Assembly: GCF_009914755.1 (NCBI RefSeq)
Contig: NC_060927.1
Strand: one strand, 5' to 3'
Origin: the human T2T-CHM13v2.0 reference genome, Homo sapiens
Length of the DNA: 64,000 nucleotides
The first letter of the stretch is position 1. Each line of letters opens with the position of its first letter. The notes below the pieces were generated by a model. That model had not been told where the DNA came from and did not search any database. It worked only from the letters and a program-made list of their open reading frames with translations. Shown here piece after piece: positions 28,113-45,412 of this stretch. A program made the position numbers and the translations under genes.

Positions 28113-28469
28113 ATCTCTTCTATGCCTGGTTTTGCACATACATACATACACTCCAAAAAATGTTACCCAACTGTGAAGAGTCTTATAGCAATGGCAGAGT
28201 ATAGTAGCATTTCTGGGCAAGACAGTTGGGTTTAAGAAAATTTTATTTCTGTTTTCAAAAAACTAAAATGAGGAGAAAAGTATTTACTCATAAAACTAAT
28301 GAAATTATTATTGGTTCATTAATTTAGAGCTGAATATTGCTATTATGTTTTGAGAATAGATAAAAAAGTACTAATCCCAAAGAACCAGCCTCTGTTCACC
28401 AAGAGCAAATCAGGCTAGTTTCTACATTTCTTTCTTTAAATGGGGTATAATGTATTAAATAAAGGAAAG

Positions 28470-30340
28470 TCATTCATTCAGTGAAGATTTACTGAGTTAC
28501 CTAAGATGTGATGGGCCATCTGCTAAGAACTGGAGACACAAAGATAAATACAATTTAATTCCTTCCTTTAACAAATTTGTTACCTTTCAGGTTCCCATCT
28601 AGTGATGAAAATAGGCAGGTAAATAAATACTGTCAACATGTGATAAATGCTTGACAGTGGCCTGTGCAAGAAAGAATTGTAACATATAAGAAATGGTGGT
28701 ATGAGGAATGTCATTTTTCACAGAGGAGAGTCTATTTTACCTGTTACTTGGAAAAAATGAGAATTCAATCACTAAACAATGGGGAAAATTATTCTGTGAA
28801 TTGCAATCAGTGTGTATAAAGACATAGAAATCATTAAGGCATAGATGTATTTAGAAAATGCAGTAAATTAGATATTTAGGGATGTCATTGGAGAGGTAGG
28901 CAGACAGGTTACGTGATAATGAGGCATTTAGACATGCTTCTGACATGAACTGAGAGCCACTGTGGGGTATTAAGTAGTGGAGGACCATGATCTGGCAGGT
29001 TTGTTTCAGAAAGATGATTCTGGTTGTAAGTAGAGGAAAGATTAACGAAGTGAGACTACAGGCAGGAGAAGTAATTGGAAAACTACCATTTAAAAAATCT
29101 GACAAAAAAATGAGAATTTAAAGTATTGACATCTAGAAGGTTTCGTGACTTATTGAACGTGGGTGAAGAGAAAGAGAGAGGTTTCCAGGATATTTCTGGC
29201 TTGGGCAAGTGGGTGAGTGGTAGTCCTATAAACAAGAATAGGGATTGCAGGAAGAGGTGCATATTTTGGTGAGAGGATGCAGGGGGAAGAAAAAAATGTT
29301 CATTTTGGGAGAATGAATCATGCATATGGAGATCTACATTTGAAGCAAAATTCCAACAAGGTCTAGGCTGAAAATAGAGAATTTAGAATCATACCCAAAG
29401 ATGTGGTGGTGGTGGAAGCTGTGGGGATTGCTGAGAATGCCCAGGCAAGTGGAGACTGAGGAAGAGAAACCTGACAAAAAGAAAGGGAAGGCATCCAGTG
29501 ATGGAGAAAGAAAATTAGGAGAGTAAGGTGTCATTGAAACAAAGGTAAGAGAAAATTAAAGAAAAAGCCATACAAAACAGAAGTGGTTAGTCTTGAAGCT
29601 TCAGAGAAGTCATATAAGGTAAGAAATAATAAGCATCCATATGTATGTGTTTGTGTGTGTGTTGCAACTATGAACTTCCTGGTGACCCAATGGAGTGGTG
29701 AACCCAAAAGGCAAATTGCTGAGAGCTGAGAATTGAAGATGGGGTGAACAAGTGCAGATGGTGGGCAAAGGAGTACAGTAAGATGGAGAACTAGAGTTGA
29801 AGGATAATATTTTACTTATAAAGAGAAGAAAGAGGCTAGAGCCATCTAAAGGATGAGGTTAAAGATTCAGTTGAGAAGAAGAGAGTGATGATATAAGAGA
29901 CAGAATAGGAGAACCAATGTCTCTGAGGAATTACTGTGAGAAGATGATATTCCAAATATGGAGGGGAAGCTTCCACCTCCACTTGGCCAGGTTCGGGTGC
30001 TGATAAGTCTGAAGGTGGCAAAGCAGCAAATGGGTGGAGTCCCTGCCTGAATGCATCTACTTTGTAAGTGGGAGCAAGGTCATGGTATTAGTCATCTGCT
30101 GAGAATAAAGGGGGACAGATGGAATAGTAAGCCCAGGGAGAGTGGAAAAAACTGAAATCTGCAATATGCCAAATGGGAGAAAAGGCAGAGTGGAGAAAAA
30201 TATATTTTCAGGCACAGCTTATATGTTATGTTTATATGCTAGAGAGTGGAGGTAGAAGGAGAGGCAGGTTGAAAAGAGAGATGAGAGGAGGTATCATTGA
30301 TGCATCCTGGAGAGTGTGATCACCTTTGCATAGGGGGAAT
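28470..30340 (-). mobile_element. L2 LINE relic
   Basis: cattcattca..atttactgag tail followed by a long purine-rich reverse L2 body. Confidence 0.75.
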
Positions 30341-30884
30341 GTAACCTTTATCTCTGACATAAGAAGGAATTAAGTGAGGGATTCGGGACTCAGTTATGCA
30401 CTTAATAAATAATTTCTCTAGAGTCTTATGCACAAGGTGAAGAAAGAAATTTGGACTAGATGCAAAGGCAATTCAGTAGGCAAAGTACCTTGCTGAAGCA
30501 ATGCTGATTAATGATTTGATGTTTGTGTGGAGGGAGAATTCAATTTGCCTGGCCAAGGATTCTGTCCTTGGCTCTGTCCTGTAAGGTCTTTTTTTTCTCT
30601 TTTGAAAAATTCAATACCTTGGGTAGAAAAATATAAGGCTTGCTCATTAAATGTGTACAAACAAGCCAGAAGGGATAAAGATGATGGAGATCTGGGATGA
30701 CAGAATTAAGATCTAAAGAACATTGACAGAGTGAAGTGATTGGTTTTGTCTAAGGAGATAGAAATAAACAAGAACACATATCCAATATTTTACCCTGGTG
30801 AAAAAAATGAAACAAAACTATAATACAACTGAAAAGTTCAGGATGGTGTAAATAAATGTTTTGATATTCTAGTTGGAGTAAATT

Positions 30885-32911
30885 AGTGGTATTCTAGACA
30901 TGGTAGTATGGGCTTTTGTGAGCCAATTTTTTTAAATTTATTTATTTCAGTAGGTTTTTGGGGAACAGGTGGTGTTTGGTAACATGAATAAGTTCTTTAG
31001 TGGTGATTTCTGAGATTTTGGCACACCCATCACCCAAGCAGTATATACTGTACCCAACGTGTAGCTTTTTATCTCTCACCCACCTCACCCTTCTCCCTGA
31101 GTCCCCAGAGTCCATTGTATTATTCCTATGCCTTTGCATCCTCATAGCTTAGCTCCCACTTGTGAGTGAGAACATACAATATTTGGTTTCCATTCCTGAG
31201 TTACTTCACTTAGAATAATGGTCTCCAATTCCATCTAGGTTGCTGCAATTGCCATTATTTTTTTCCTTTTTATGGCTGAGTCATATTCCATGGTATACCA
31301 CATTTTCTTTACCCACTCATTGATTGATGGGCATTTGGGTTGGCTCCATATTTTTGCAATTGCAAATTATGCTGCTATAAACATGCATGTGCGAGTATGT
31401 TTTTTGATTAATGACTTATTTTCCTCTGGGTAGATACCCAGGAGGAGGATTGCTGGATCAAATGGTACATCTACTTATAGCTCTTAAACAGTGTGGAATC
31501 TCCACACTGTTTTCCATAGTGGTTGTACTAGTTTACATTCCCACCAACAGTGTAAAAGTGTTTCCTCTTCACCACATCCATGCCAACATCTCATTTTTTG
31601 ATTTTTTTTATTATGACTGTTCTTGGCAAGAGTGAGGTGGCATCACATTTTGGTTTTGATTTGCATTTCCTTGATAATCAGTGATGTTGAGCATTTTTTC
31701 ATATGTTTGTTGGCCATCTACTTATCTTCGTTTGAGAATTGTCTATTCAAGTCATTAGCCCATTTTTTGATAGGGTTGTTTGTATTTTCTTGATTTGACT
31801 GAGTTGCTTGTAGATTCTGGATATTAGTCATTTGTCAGATGTATAGACGGCAAAGATTTTCTCTCACTCTGTGGGTTGTCTGTTTACTCCTTTGATTATT
31901 TCTTTTGCTCTGCAGAAGCTTTTTAGTTTAAGTCCCATCTATTTATCTTTGTTTTTGTTGCATTTGCTTTTGGGTTCTTGGTCATGAAGTCTTTGCCTGA
32001 ATTAATGTCTAAAAGGGTTTGTCCAATGTTATCTTCTAGAATTTTTATGATTTCAGGTCTTAGATTTAAGTCTTTGATCCGTCTTTAGTTGATTTTTGTA
32101 TAAGGTGAGAGATGAGGATCCAGTTTCATTCTTCTGCATGTGGCTTGCCAATTATCCCAGCACCATTTGTTAAATAGGGTATCCCTTCTTCACTTTATGT
32201 TTTTGTTTGCTTTAAAGATCAGTAGACTGTGAATATTTGGCTTTATTTCTGGGTTCTCTATTCTGTCCCATTGGTCTATGTGCCTATTTTTATACCAGTA
32301 CTGTCCTATTTTGGTGACTATGACCTTATAGTATAGATTGAAGTCGGGTAATGTAATGTCTCCAGATTTGTTCTTTTTGCTTAGTCTTGCTTTGGCTATG
32401 TGGGCAATTTTTGGTTACATATGAATTTTAGGATTGTTTTCTCTAGTTCTGTGAAGAATGATGGTGGTATTTTGATGGGAATTGCATTGACTTTGTAGAT
32501 TGCCTTTGGCAATAGGGTCATTTTTTGTGAGCCAATTGTTAAGTTTTCAGGAATTTTGAAAGCCAGTTGGTAAAGAGTCATTATTACAAATTAAATTATA
32601 TGAACACAAAATTAAATAATTATATTAAAACAATGGTAAAGACTGAAAAAGCATCACTTCTTAATTATTTTATTTTACTGTTATCTATGCTCTTGAGATT
32701 ATTTATGTCTGTTTTATCTGTATGGTAGAAGTACTATATAATGTTATGCTGTGCATCATTTTCCAGCTCTGTATTTAATGATGCCACATTCATGGCTTGA
32801 AATATGTCATGGTGGGAGTGTTTACATCATGGAAATTGAAAAATGTTACAAATACTATCTTCTCCTTCCCCCTGAGAGCCAGTTGTTAAACATTTAGCAG
32901 CACATACCACT
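30885..32911. mobile_element. MER63-like hAT element split by L1
   Basis: agtggt.. start; gagccaattgttaagttttcaggaattttg; gagccagttgttaaacatttagcagcacataccact end. Confidence 0.7.
30929..32522 (-). mobile_element. 5'-truncated L1 (L1PB-type), ORF2 end + 3'UTR
   Basis: ORF 32396..32581 contains L1 ORF2 peptide [23 protein letters not shown]; 15-bp TSD ttttgtgagccaatt (30914-30928 / 32523-32537). Confidence 0.93.
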
Positions 32912-33960
32912 TAATAATTTCACAATTAATTGGTATGATAGTGAGACACACACACACACACACACACACAGAGACAGTACAGAGCTCTTAAGTTCTGTGA
33001 TATATTATTTAATATTTAATATTAATTATGGCAGTGATTTATTCACTTTTCCCATCTCATCCTTTCTCACCTCAAATATAATTATTAGTTATGGATCCTA
33101 CATTTTCAAGGATATAGATAAATTATAGTATGTTGAAAGAAGATAGGAGAGTAACCAAAATGAGGAGACTCAAAATCTTGTAAAATGAAAACTAGCTCAA
33201 GAGATGTGTAGCATACCGAAGACTTGGGGAGGATGCAGGATTTGTATTAAACCACTTGCTAAAATAATATGTGAAAGTAATATTATTGTTGGTGGCCCCA
33301 AGGCATCCAAACAGGGCTAAACAGGTGAACCTTATAGGGAGACAAACATCAGTTTTTATAGGAAAGAATCCCAACAGTTGTTAAAAGTTAAAAATGAAAA
33401 GCTTGGAAGTAACATGCTTTCCTTCAAGCACAGGATGTTTTAACATTTGGTAACATCAAATGGGGAGCTGTGTGGATGATCTCATAGGTATTGTCTAACC
33501 TGGAATCTTTGAAGTTCAGCACACGCAATGTAAATGATTGAAGTTAAGCAGAGATAAATTTCTGTGAATCTAATTTTTCAAGGCTTATTAAGAGAGAGTC
33601 CATATCCTCATTGTCATTCAGACCATTAAACAAATCCACTCTGATGGAGGTCCAAAAGATGACAATTTGCTAACATGAAGGAAAGACACTCCTAATATAT
33701 CAGATATTAGGAATGAGAATGACAAAACTAATGAGAGACTTCGTTGATTAAAAGAAAAAGTAAAACTTCAGAGTAACTAGTTGGTGACAAGAAGATAGAC
33801 AAGAAGATGTTTTTGAGCTCCAGCTTCAAAAATTGTAACCTTCCAATGCTGTATAGTCTAAAGAAATGAATTAAAAATATAATTAATGTATGTAAAAAAT
33901 CACCCTCTTGTACTCAACATTCATATGTGGATTAGGGAGACTATGGTGTGGATCAAAATA

Positions 33961-34375
33961 CAGTTGACCCTTGAACAACATGGGGGTTAGGAGTGCTGAT
34001 CTCCCACCCAGCTGAAAATTCTAGTATAACTTTTGGCTCACCAAAATCTTAATTGCTAACACCCTGCAGTTGACCAGAAGCTTTATCAATAACATAAACA
34101 GTTGATTAACATATATTTTGCATATGTAGCGTATATTGTCTTAAAGTAAGCTAGAGAAAATAAAATGTTATTTAAAAATCTTAAGAAAAATATATTTGCT
34201 TTTCATTAAGTGGAATGAATCATCATTATCCCCATCATCTTCATGTTGAATAGGATGAGGAAGATAAGGAAGAAGGAGCAACAGTCTTGCTCTCTCAGGG
34301 GTGGCAGAGGTGGAAGAAAATCTGTGTACAAGTGAATCCATGCAGTTCAAACCCCTGTTGTTCAAGAATCAGCTG
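33961..34375. mobile_element. Tigger2a/MER28-like TcMar MITE
   Basis: TIRs cagttgacccttgaacaac / gttgttcaagaatcagctg with TA on both sides. Confidence 0.85.
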
Positions 34376-36536
34376 TATAGTGCAGTTGTAGATAGCTAAC
34401 ATTGTCTTAGAAGTTCAGTCAGGGACCTTTTTTATCAACAAAAAATTTTGAAAGTCCTCAATGGTGAAGTTTTTGGTTGAATTTTAGAGAAGTTTGGGAT
34501 TTTTAGATGAAAAAGGAAGAGAGAACTTGACGTAGAGAACTTGATGTAGAGAACTTGGAAGTAAAGAACTGAAAACCAGCAAAATAATTTTGGAATAACT
34601 AATAGGTACTAGAAGCAATTTAAAGGAAGATCGAATGAAGATTATTGGAAATGTTTATCCCCATGCTTTAAGGAGAGAAAATGTAGAAGTTTGTTCAAGA
34701 AAATTCTGTGGCTGAGTTACATTAGACATTCTAGGTGTGTTTCCGGTACCTTCACTATGAAGAATTTTAATTTAAAGGAGAAGGGTAGATGGATTTCAGG
34801 CATAAAAAGACCAAGGTTGTTAAGTAAAAAAGCTCAGTTTTTGGCTTGACAGAATTATAGAAGGGTGGGGAAAGGGAACAATAACCCAAAGGATTACATT
34901 ACAGAGCAAACTTCCCTCTTTGAATGAGGGTTGAAATCGGTGAAATGTATCTGTGCCTCAAGCCAAGAAAGCAAATTAAGTAAAATGATGCTAAATACCT
35001 GAAATTTATTTTATCATACAACTGTAAATTTTATAAATATGAAACCTCCCAATACTTCCCCAGTCTGTAGAAAATAGTGTATTTTACAAAGAGGTAAAAT
35101 AAGGTATTATAGTAAAAGAGGTATCATAAGACAAGAGAAGATAAAAGGTGATGCATTTAGGGATATGGGCTTTGAAGAAAAACACCTCTCTGATACCCCA
35201 TGTGATGACAGTTAGCATTTAATAGAACCCAAATGGAGAGCTTCAAGTTTAAAGCCCACTAGAAAGGCTGTGTTTTGTCATTTCTCCAAACCATGTGCAT
35301 TCCAGAAGAAAATTTAGAGTGGGACAAATGCAGAATATGAGTGGACATGGTGAGAAATCTAGCCATGTCTGTGCAGAACAAAATAACAATAGCAGATTGA
35401 AACAATTTGGTATTCTGAAAATCAGTGTTTGAAATTTAGCTAAAACAGCTTTCCTCCCTCCTTTTTTTCCCTTGTTCTCTGGTTTTCTTCATCATCTCTT
35501 CCTTTCTTCCTCCCTCCTGTTTTTCTTTAATAATTAATTGTTTGTTGAAGATTCAATAGCTCTCTACTCAATCCGAGAGGCCAGAATCACATTAACCAAG
35601 AAACTAATGTGGCCTAAGCTTCAGAGCTTCTCACTTGGATGGACCATGTGTCCGTGGTTCTGCTTTTGAAATATTTGAAATAGCAAAATATTTTAATATC
35701 AATCCATTAGGACTGCTATCTCTTTCTGTTTAAACTTCCCCTCTGCAATATTTCCCCTCAGGTCAGGTTGTGTTGAATGGCTGTGGGAAATTTAGGAAAT
35801 CAGCTAAGATGAGGAATTGTATTGGTATTACATGCAGATTCAGTTTAATGGGATATATTTATGTTGCAACTAGGGACTTCTATGTAGAGTTAAGTTATTG
35901 CTAGTCATCCTGGTGTAGGAATGGCTTCAAGGAATGCAATGTGCCAATGCACTGGGCATTGTGACCAGAAGGTCAGGACCAGAGGTTGAATTACAATACA
36001 AACATGTCATATGTCACCCGGCATCTGAAACACGTAGTAAAGATGAGAATCAAGGTTTGAAATGTATGAAGCCAGAAGCTGGTCTGGGAGAAATTCCGAT
36101 CATTACCTATGCCAAATTGTGAGTGGGAGAATTCAGTTCTTATCAAAGCCTGATAAAAATCAAAGTTATTTTTGTCAGAAATAAGTTTGATAATGCTGTG
36201 TATACAACTGTAAATATACATATTTTTCTCTTTTGATAGCAATTGTTTGAAATAGAATTTCTCAGAATTCCTGTGTTTTTGTATTACTGCTAGTGCCCTA
36301 GACAACAAATACATCTGTACATGAAGTCTCCTGTTTTAAGACTCCCAGCTCTCAATAGTAAAATCAAATCCAACTATTTTAGAGGAAACACTAGATTATC
36401 TTTCCATTCTGCCTTAAAAAATTATATTACAAAGTCATTTTCACATAAAGAGGTTATCAAAGAGCAGAGAGCTAAAAAAATGCAAAAAAAATTTGCAGAG
36501 ACCTGCCAGGCAGTTATTAGAAAATATTACTTTTAT

Positions 36537-38797
<2,261 letters not shown>

Positions 38798-39789
38798 AGA
38801 AAATAATACATTTATGTTTCTGAATGCTGTGATATTTGTGATAGATATCAATGTTTAAAAATATACAACTTGTGATTTATTTCCTTATTCTACATAAGTA
38901 TTCATTTCATACTTAACTCGTATTCTTTTTCTTAAAGAAGGGTCCCTCCAAATCATATACTCTTTAATCCCGATAAGGCCTATGTATATCCCTGCTGGAA
39001 ACACCAACAAATTGGTGTTTAAATTGTTTAAATTTAAAACAAATTTAAAAAACAAATTTAAACCAATTTAAAAACTGAGACATGGTGCTTGCCATCCAGA
39101 AATGTGCATTTTAGGCAGGATATAAGCTTGTAAACAAGCTGTCACTATACTGAAAGGCGAATAGAAAAGAGGTAAGAGGTATGCAAAAAGTTCTGTGGCT
39201 ACTTCAATGACTAAGCCCAATGGAATGCTTTGATTTCAGCCTGTGATGGTGTGTTGGTGGTGGAAGTTGGTGCAATTTAATGGAATTTTTCACCTTACCT
39301 GCTTAATGCACTAGTAAGCCACTGAGTTAGATTTGTTCATTCAATCATAAACTTCCTCTGGAGCTGAGTGACAAGTTAAGTCTTAGCTTATGGGCTACAT
39401 AGATGAAAATCTTCTCTTTCTGTGCCACCAGCACAGGGCTCCCTCACTAAGATTTCTTTGTTATGGAATATTGGCTATTCAGAAATTCAGGTGGCTTCCA
39501 TGGTGTGCTGGAAGGAGGAACTCTGAAAGGACTTGAGACAAGTCTGGAAAGAGGGATGGAGATTTGGAGGGTCCCCTAAATCATCCAGATCTTGGCTTCA
39601 GAAATCTTGTCTGCCTACAGAAAGCAGGGTGAATCCTGGCAGTGATGCCATACTGAAATGCTATCAGCCTAATTAATATGGTGACATCATATCATAGAGG
39701 CAAGCCTCTCCTTGGAACCAGATGCAGCCATGTCTGCCTGGAAGCTTTTGGCAGGCTCTGCCTGGCATCCTCATCTCAGAACAACAATC

Positions 39790-40920
39790 CAGGTCCGGTC
39801 AGAAAATATTTGCTAAGTACCTGTTATGTGCCAGCCACCAGGCCAGGTGCTAGGAGTAAAAAGATGAATAAGAGAGGGCCCCTGCAAACAGAAAACTTAC
39901 ATCTGAGTGAGGACAGTAAATAATATTAGTGTGGCAAGTGCCACTAAAATACTGTATCCTGCGTGTTATGGGACCCAGAGGAGGTGAGCAAGTCTCTTCT
40001 GGGAGTTCAGAGAAGGCTGCTCAGGGAAGTTTACTTTTTGTCTGGTTACCGAGTTTTCAAGACTCATATGAAGTGGGTAAAGATTTCTAAGTATATGGAA
40101 CAGAATGGCTTCAAGAATGGAAACAAGATGGGGTGTTCATTGAACGACTTCTTCCTTACATTATAAAGTGTAAAATGGGGAGAGGTAGAAGATACTGCCA
40201 GAACAGTATCAGGAGTCATTAATTTGAGCTTGAGCTTTGTTCTTCAGACCATTCTTTCTCGAAGTGTGATCCAAGGCCACTGTGCCAACCTTATCCCAAA
40301 ACGATAACTATACTCATTGCAGATTCTAAGCACTTCCTCCCATCTACCAAGTCCAATGATCTGTTAAAGAGGTACAGAGAATCTGCATTTTTAACAAGTT
40401 CCTCAGGCGGTTCTTTTGTGTGCTGAAAGTTTGAGACTGACTAATTATGGCACAGGGATCCACAGAGGGATTTTAGGAAGGGGAAGGGTGTTGTTTGATT
40501 TTCATTTTAGATAGATCCATCTGGGTGAAGTGTGGAAGGTAGAACTAAATGGTGGGTAAATACAAAAATAGCAAAACCAATTAGAATGTTATTGCAATAA
40601 TCTTGGCCAGAAATGCTGAAGGCCTGCGTTAGAGGAATTGAAGAAGAAAGACTTAAAAAAGAATATTTCAGAGATAAAGATGGGCAGAACATTTAGGAGG
40701 AAATGAAAACTGGTTGGTTTTGGCGTGGTGGTTGTCATGGAGAAGGAGGAGGTGATGCTGACTAGGGTGAATGATGAATCATGGGGCGCTCTACTAATAC
40801 CGGGAATATAGTGAGAGGAACAAGCTGGCAGCCAAGAGGCCAAGTTGAGTTTTAGTTTGAGATGGGGGTATCTATGAGCCATCTGTGTGTATTCACAGCA
40901 AGTAGTTGAATACCTAGTTA
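39790..40920 (-). mobile_element. L2 relic with a MER5A insertion (~40247-40442)
   Basis: aaatatttgctaagtacctgttatgtgccag; gaatctgcatttttaacaagttcctcaggcggttct. Confidence 0.65.
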
Positions 40921-42326
40921 TAAAGTTTCTATCTGAGAGAGATTTTATTTAATGTTGTACTGCTGGGTGCCAAGCCATGGAACAGGGCAAACGTGAGGAA
41001 TCCACATTTAGGTGGTTTGGTGCTAACAGACCTTGAGAAATGTGTCCCAAACCAAGGTCATCTGAGCCCTGAATGCTGCTAAAAAGTATTTAAAAGTCCA
41101 CAGGAGTATTGAAGATTTCCCAGTACATTCTTAGATATAATTATTGTTTCAGCTTGATTTGTATAGAGCAAGGATCTAATTTTGTGATTTCTGCTGCTGT
41201 TGCTTCTTCACCTGGTAGACACACATGAGGCATCTTCTACTGTAGAAAATGCCCCACTATGACCGAGAAGGTGTGGAAACCAAGTGCTGTAAGAATCTCA
41301 CCACTGAAAAGTAAAGATTTTAATTTGGAGTTTTCTTTGTTTTGTTTTTTGTTTTGTTACTTTTTAGCTAAGAGGATGTTAGTTTAACGTCAGTGCACCT
41401 CCATGTTGTCCTACTTCAAATCTTGGATCTTGATGATATATTGTTTTCGGACCAGCTATTGTTATGGTTTTTGAATTTCAGTATTTCCATTCAGGATGAT
41501 TAAAATTAACATCTTGAGACAGCACAATGTAGAACGTTCCCTTCTTCTGGAAAGAGATGTGTCATTCCTTGAATAGTTCTCACTATGGATACTTAAAAAA
41601 TCACACCTGGTTTACTTACTTATGCAGGTATTTAAATAATGACAAATCAATTGAATGTATAAATGACATTTTAAGAGGATAAAGGCAAGGAACTTTCTCA
41701 AGCATTTTTTAGGCTATTGTTACCTCTAGTTTACCCCCTTGATGGCTTCTTTTCTTGATCTTGTCTTTAAGTTCCTGAAACCTGAACATTTCTCAAAGTT
41801 TATTCTTTGGTCCTCTGATTTCTATAGCACACTGTAGCTCACAAAATGAATTCCCTTTGATGGCTCCAACAATGACCCATAGAAAGACAATTCTGACTCT
41901 TGTTTCTTACCATCTGATCCTGTATTGCTCTTGAACACGTCAATGCTTTCATAAAATGAACACTTTCAAGCTTGACTCATCACCTTTCTCACAAAACCAG
42001 GTCCCTTTCTGACTTTTATAATTCTCATTTTCCAGGCTGTCTAGGTTCAATCTCTGTACAACTTTTGGTTCTTCCATTCTTCTCTTCCTCCTAGATATTC
42101 TCCTGTGAGATAAAAGAAACAAACTATGTAAAGCACAAAATATGTGGTATATGGAACATATTAGGTACTTAACAGGTGACAGTTCACTTTTTCTTCCATG
42201 ATTCCTCGCAGATATATGTTTCTCTCACAGGACCCCAGTATATCTTTCTCACCATTTCATACTACACAATGTTACCACAGGCATTCTTTAAAATGTCCCC
42301 ATCCACAAATCTTAGGTCTAATCCCT

Positions 42327-43121
<795 letters not shown>

Positions 43122-43549
43122 TCCCCTTAGCCTGATCTTGAAGATCCCTCTTAATCTGGCTTTAACCTACGTTTTCAACATTGTCTCTTACCAGTATCCT
43201 TTACAACTCCCCCCACTTCTGTATCCTGCCAGTCCCTTGATCATGCAGTGATTATTTGTGCATTTTGTCTTTTCTAATGTGATCCCTTTCCCTTTTTTAA
43301 AACTCCTATGTCTTCTCTATTCATTCTAATCCTAATCCTGAAACAAAAAGCCCATCTTAGTCTACAGTGGTTTATTTCCTATTTTGAATTCTTATCAAAC
43401 ACATTTGACATTGAATCATATTTTGTGCACACAGTGTTTGCTTTGCTTTTCATGTACGTGTGACTTTCCTTGAGGGAAGGATGATTTTTGCAACATAGAA
43501 ACTATAGATTAAGTGAATGAAAACAGCAAGTATGGACAGAGAAAGCAGG

Positions 43550-44001
43550 TGTTTGGGTTGAATTATGTCCCCCTTATTTGCAAATTCATATGTTGGAACC
43601 TAACTCCCAGTACCTTAAGATGTGACTGTATTTGGAGATCTTTAATGTGACCCTTTACAGAGAAAATTAAGGTGAAATGAGGCCATAGGTGTGGGCCCTA
43701 ATCCAATTTGATTGGTGTCCTTATGAAGGGGAGCTTACGATACACAGGGACAGAGAGCAGAGGTGCACATGCACACAGGGGGGCAACCATGCCATGTGCA
43801 GAGGCAGCAGAGGGCGGCCAGCTGCAAGTGCAGGAAAGAGGTTTGGAAAGGACCTTCCTTTAGGACTCTCAGAGGAAACCAACTCAGCCACCAGCCTGAT
43901 CTTGGACTTCCAGACTTCAGAACTGTCAGAAATTACATTTCTGTTTTTTAGGCCACCCAGTCTGTGCTATTTTGTTACGGCAATGCTAGAAAACTAATGC
44001 A
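43550..44001 (+). mobile_element. MLT1B/C-like solo LTR
   Basis: aattcatatgttggaacctaactcccagtacct..aaactaatgca. Confidence 0.8.
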
Positions 44002-44043
44002 GCAAGTAAAAGGCTTAGATTAAGCACTGAAAAAATAAGAGAA

Positions 44044-44345
44044 GAGGCCGAGGTGAGAGGATTGCTTGAAGCCAGCAGTTTGAGACCAGTCTAGGCAACA
44101 TGATGAGACCTTGTCTCTACAAAAATAAAAAATAAAAAAAAAATTAGCCAGGAGTGGTGACGTGTACTTGTAGTTCACAGAAGGCTTGTGTACTCAGAAG
44201 GCTGAGGTAGAAGATTGCTTGAGCCTAGGATTTCAAGGTTGTAGTGAGCTATGTTTGCACCACTGCACTACAGCCTGGGCGACAAAGAGAAAACCTGTCT
44301 CAGAATAAAATAGAATAAAATAAAATATAAAATAAAATTTAAAAA
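44044..44345 (+). mobile_element. 5'-truncated AluJ with (TAAAA)n tail
   Basis: gaggattgcttgaagccag..gagaccttgtctctac. Confidence 0.88.
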
Positions 44346-45249
44346 AGGGAGAAATAAGACTAACATCTTTTCTACCTGAATTGATGACATTGTCTTCTCT
44401 CAAGTACCAGCCATAATCTTAAAATGGTAGACTATTTTACAGAGCCCTTAGTAAAGGTCAGTGACTTTTGGTTTTATTATACAAGCAGTATCACTTTAGT
44501 ATAAAGTTCAAAGAGATCTGAGCATGGAACTGGGATCTGGCCTCCACCACTCTTCATCTTTTTCTAGAATGTTATTATTGTCTAACCTATAGTCAAGAAG
44601 TTAATTGATAGTATTATGAGTTAATTTGCTAATCTAAAATTGTAAAAGGGTTAGCCATGGGGCTTAAGCCTATGCATTGTCTAGGATTAGTTATAAAGTA
44701 CAAGGATTAGTGGGTCTATTGTGTATTTGCTTGGCAAAAATCGGGACATCGGTTATTTTATTTTTTATATATTTTTTGCAAAGCTCATATCAGTTTGTGC
44801 TTGTCTCTCCCTTATTCTTTTGCCATCCATAACCACCATTGCTTAGAGAAAAAGATGCATTAGAATTGATTCCATGTTATTCAAATTAAATTTGGAATCT
44901 TAGGCTTCCAAATTGGGAGGTAATTTTTAAAGGTTCATTGACAGAATGTAGTATGTCCAGAGGAAAGCATCCAAAATGGTGAGGACCTTACACACTGAGA
45001 CACCTGAGGGTAGTTGAAGGAGCAGACATCTCGTCAGAAATACATAGAGGGCTCTCTATTGCATGAAGATATCAGCTTATTCTCCATGGCTCTTGAAGTA
45101 AGAGTTGGGCCTAAAAGATGGATCTTGCTGATTTCATTTCAACATTGAATGCTGATTTCATTTCAACATTAAAACTTCCACTATGTAGTTTAATCTCTTA
45201 AGGACTAGAAGTAATGAAGAGTAGAGGCCTATTAAGTGGTGATTGATGT

Positions 45250-45412
45250 AGCCTAGTTGTTAAGAGACATAGAGTCCTAGCTTTACTACTTCTTAGTTCT
45301 GTGACTTAGTCAAGGCACTTAACTTCCCTTAGCTTTAGCATCCCCATCAAAATGGGATTACTACTTGTGCCTACCTCATTTTGAGTATTAGATAAAATAA
45401 TGCATGTAAACT
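45250..45412 (+). mobile_element. MIR SINE
   Basis: aaaatgggattactacttgtgcctacctcat..ataatgcatgtaaa. Confidence 0.7.

Larger units (their letters stand above)
30420..33510 (+). mobile_element. L3/CR1 relic (~30420-30880 and ~33030-33510) split by younger insertions
   Basis: ggattctgtccttggctctgtcctg..gatgacagaattaagatc CR1 RT-like; 3' end gatgatctc..ggt..tctaacc. Confidence 0.55.
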
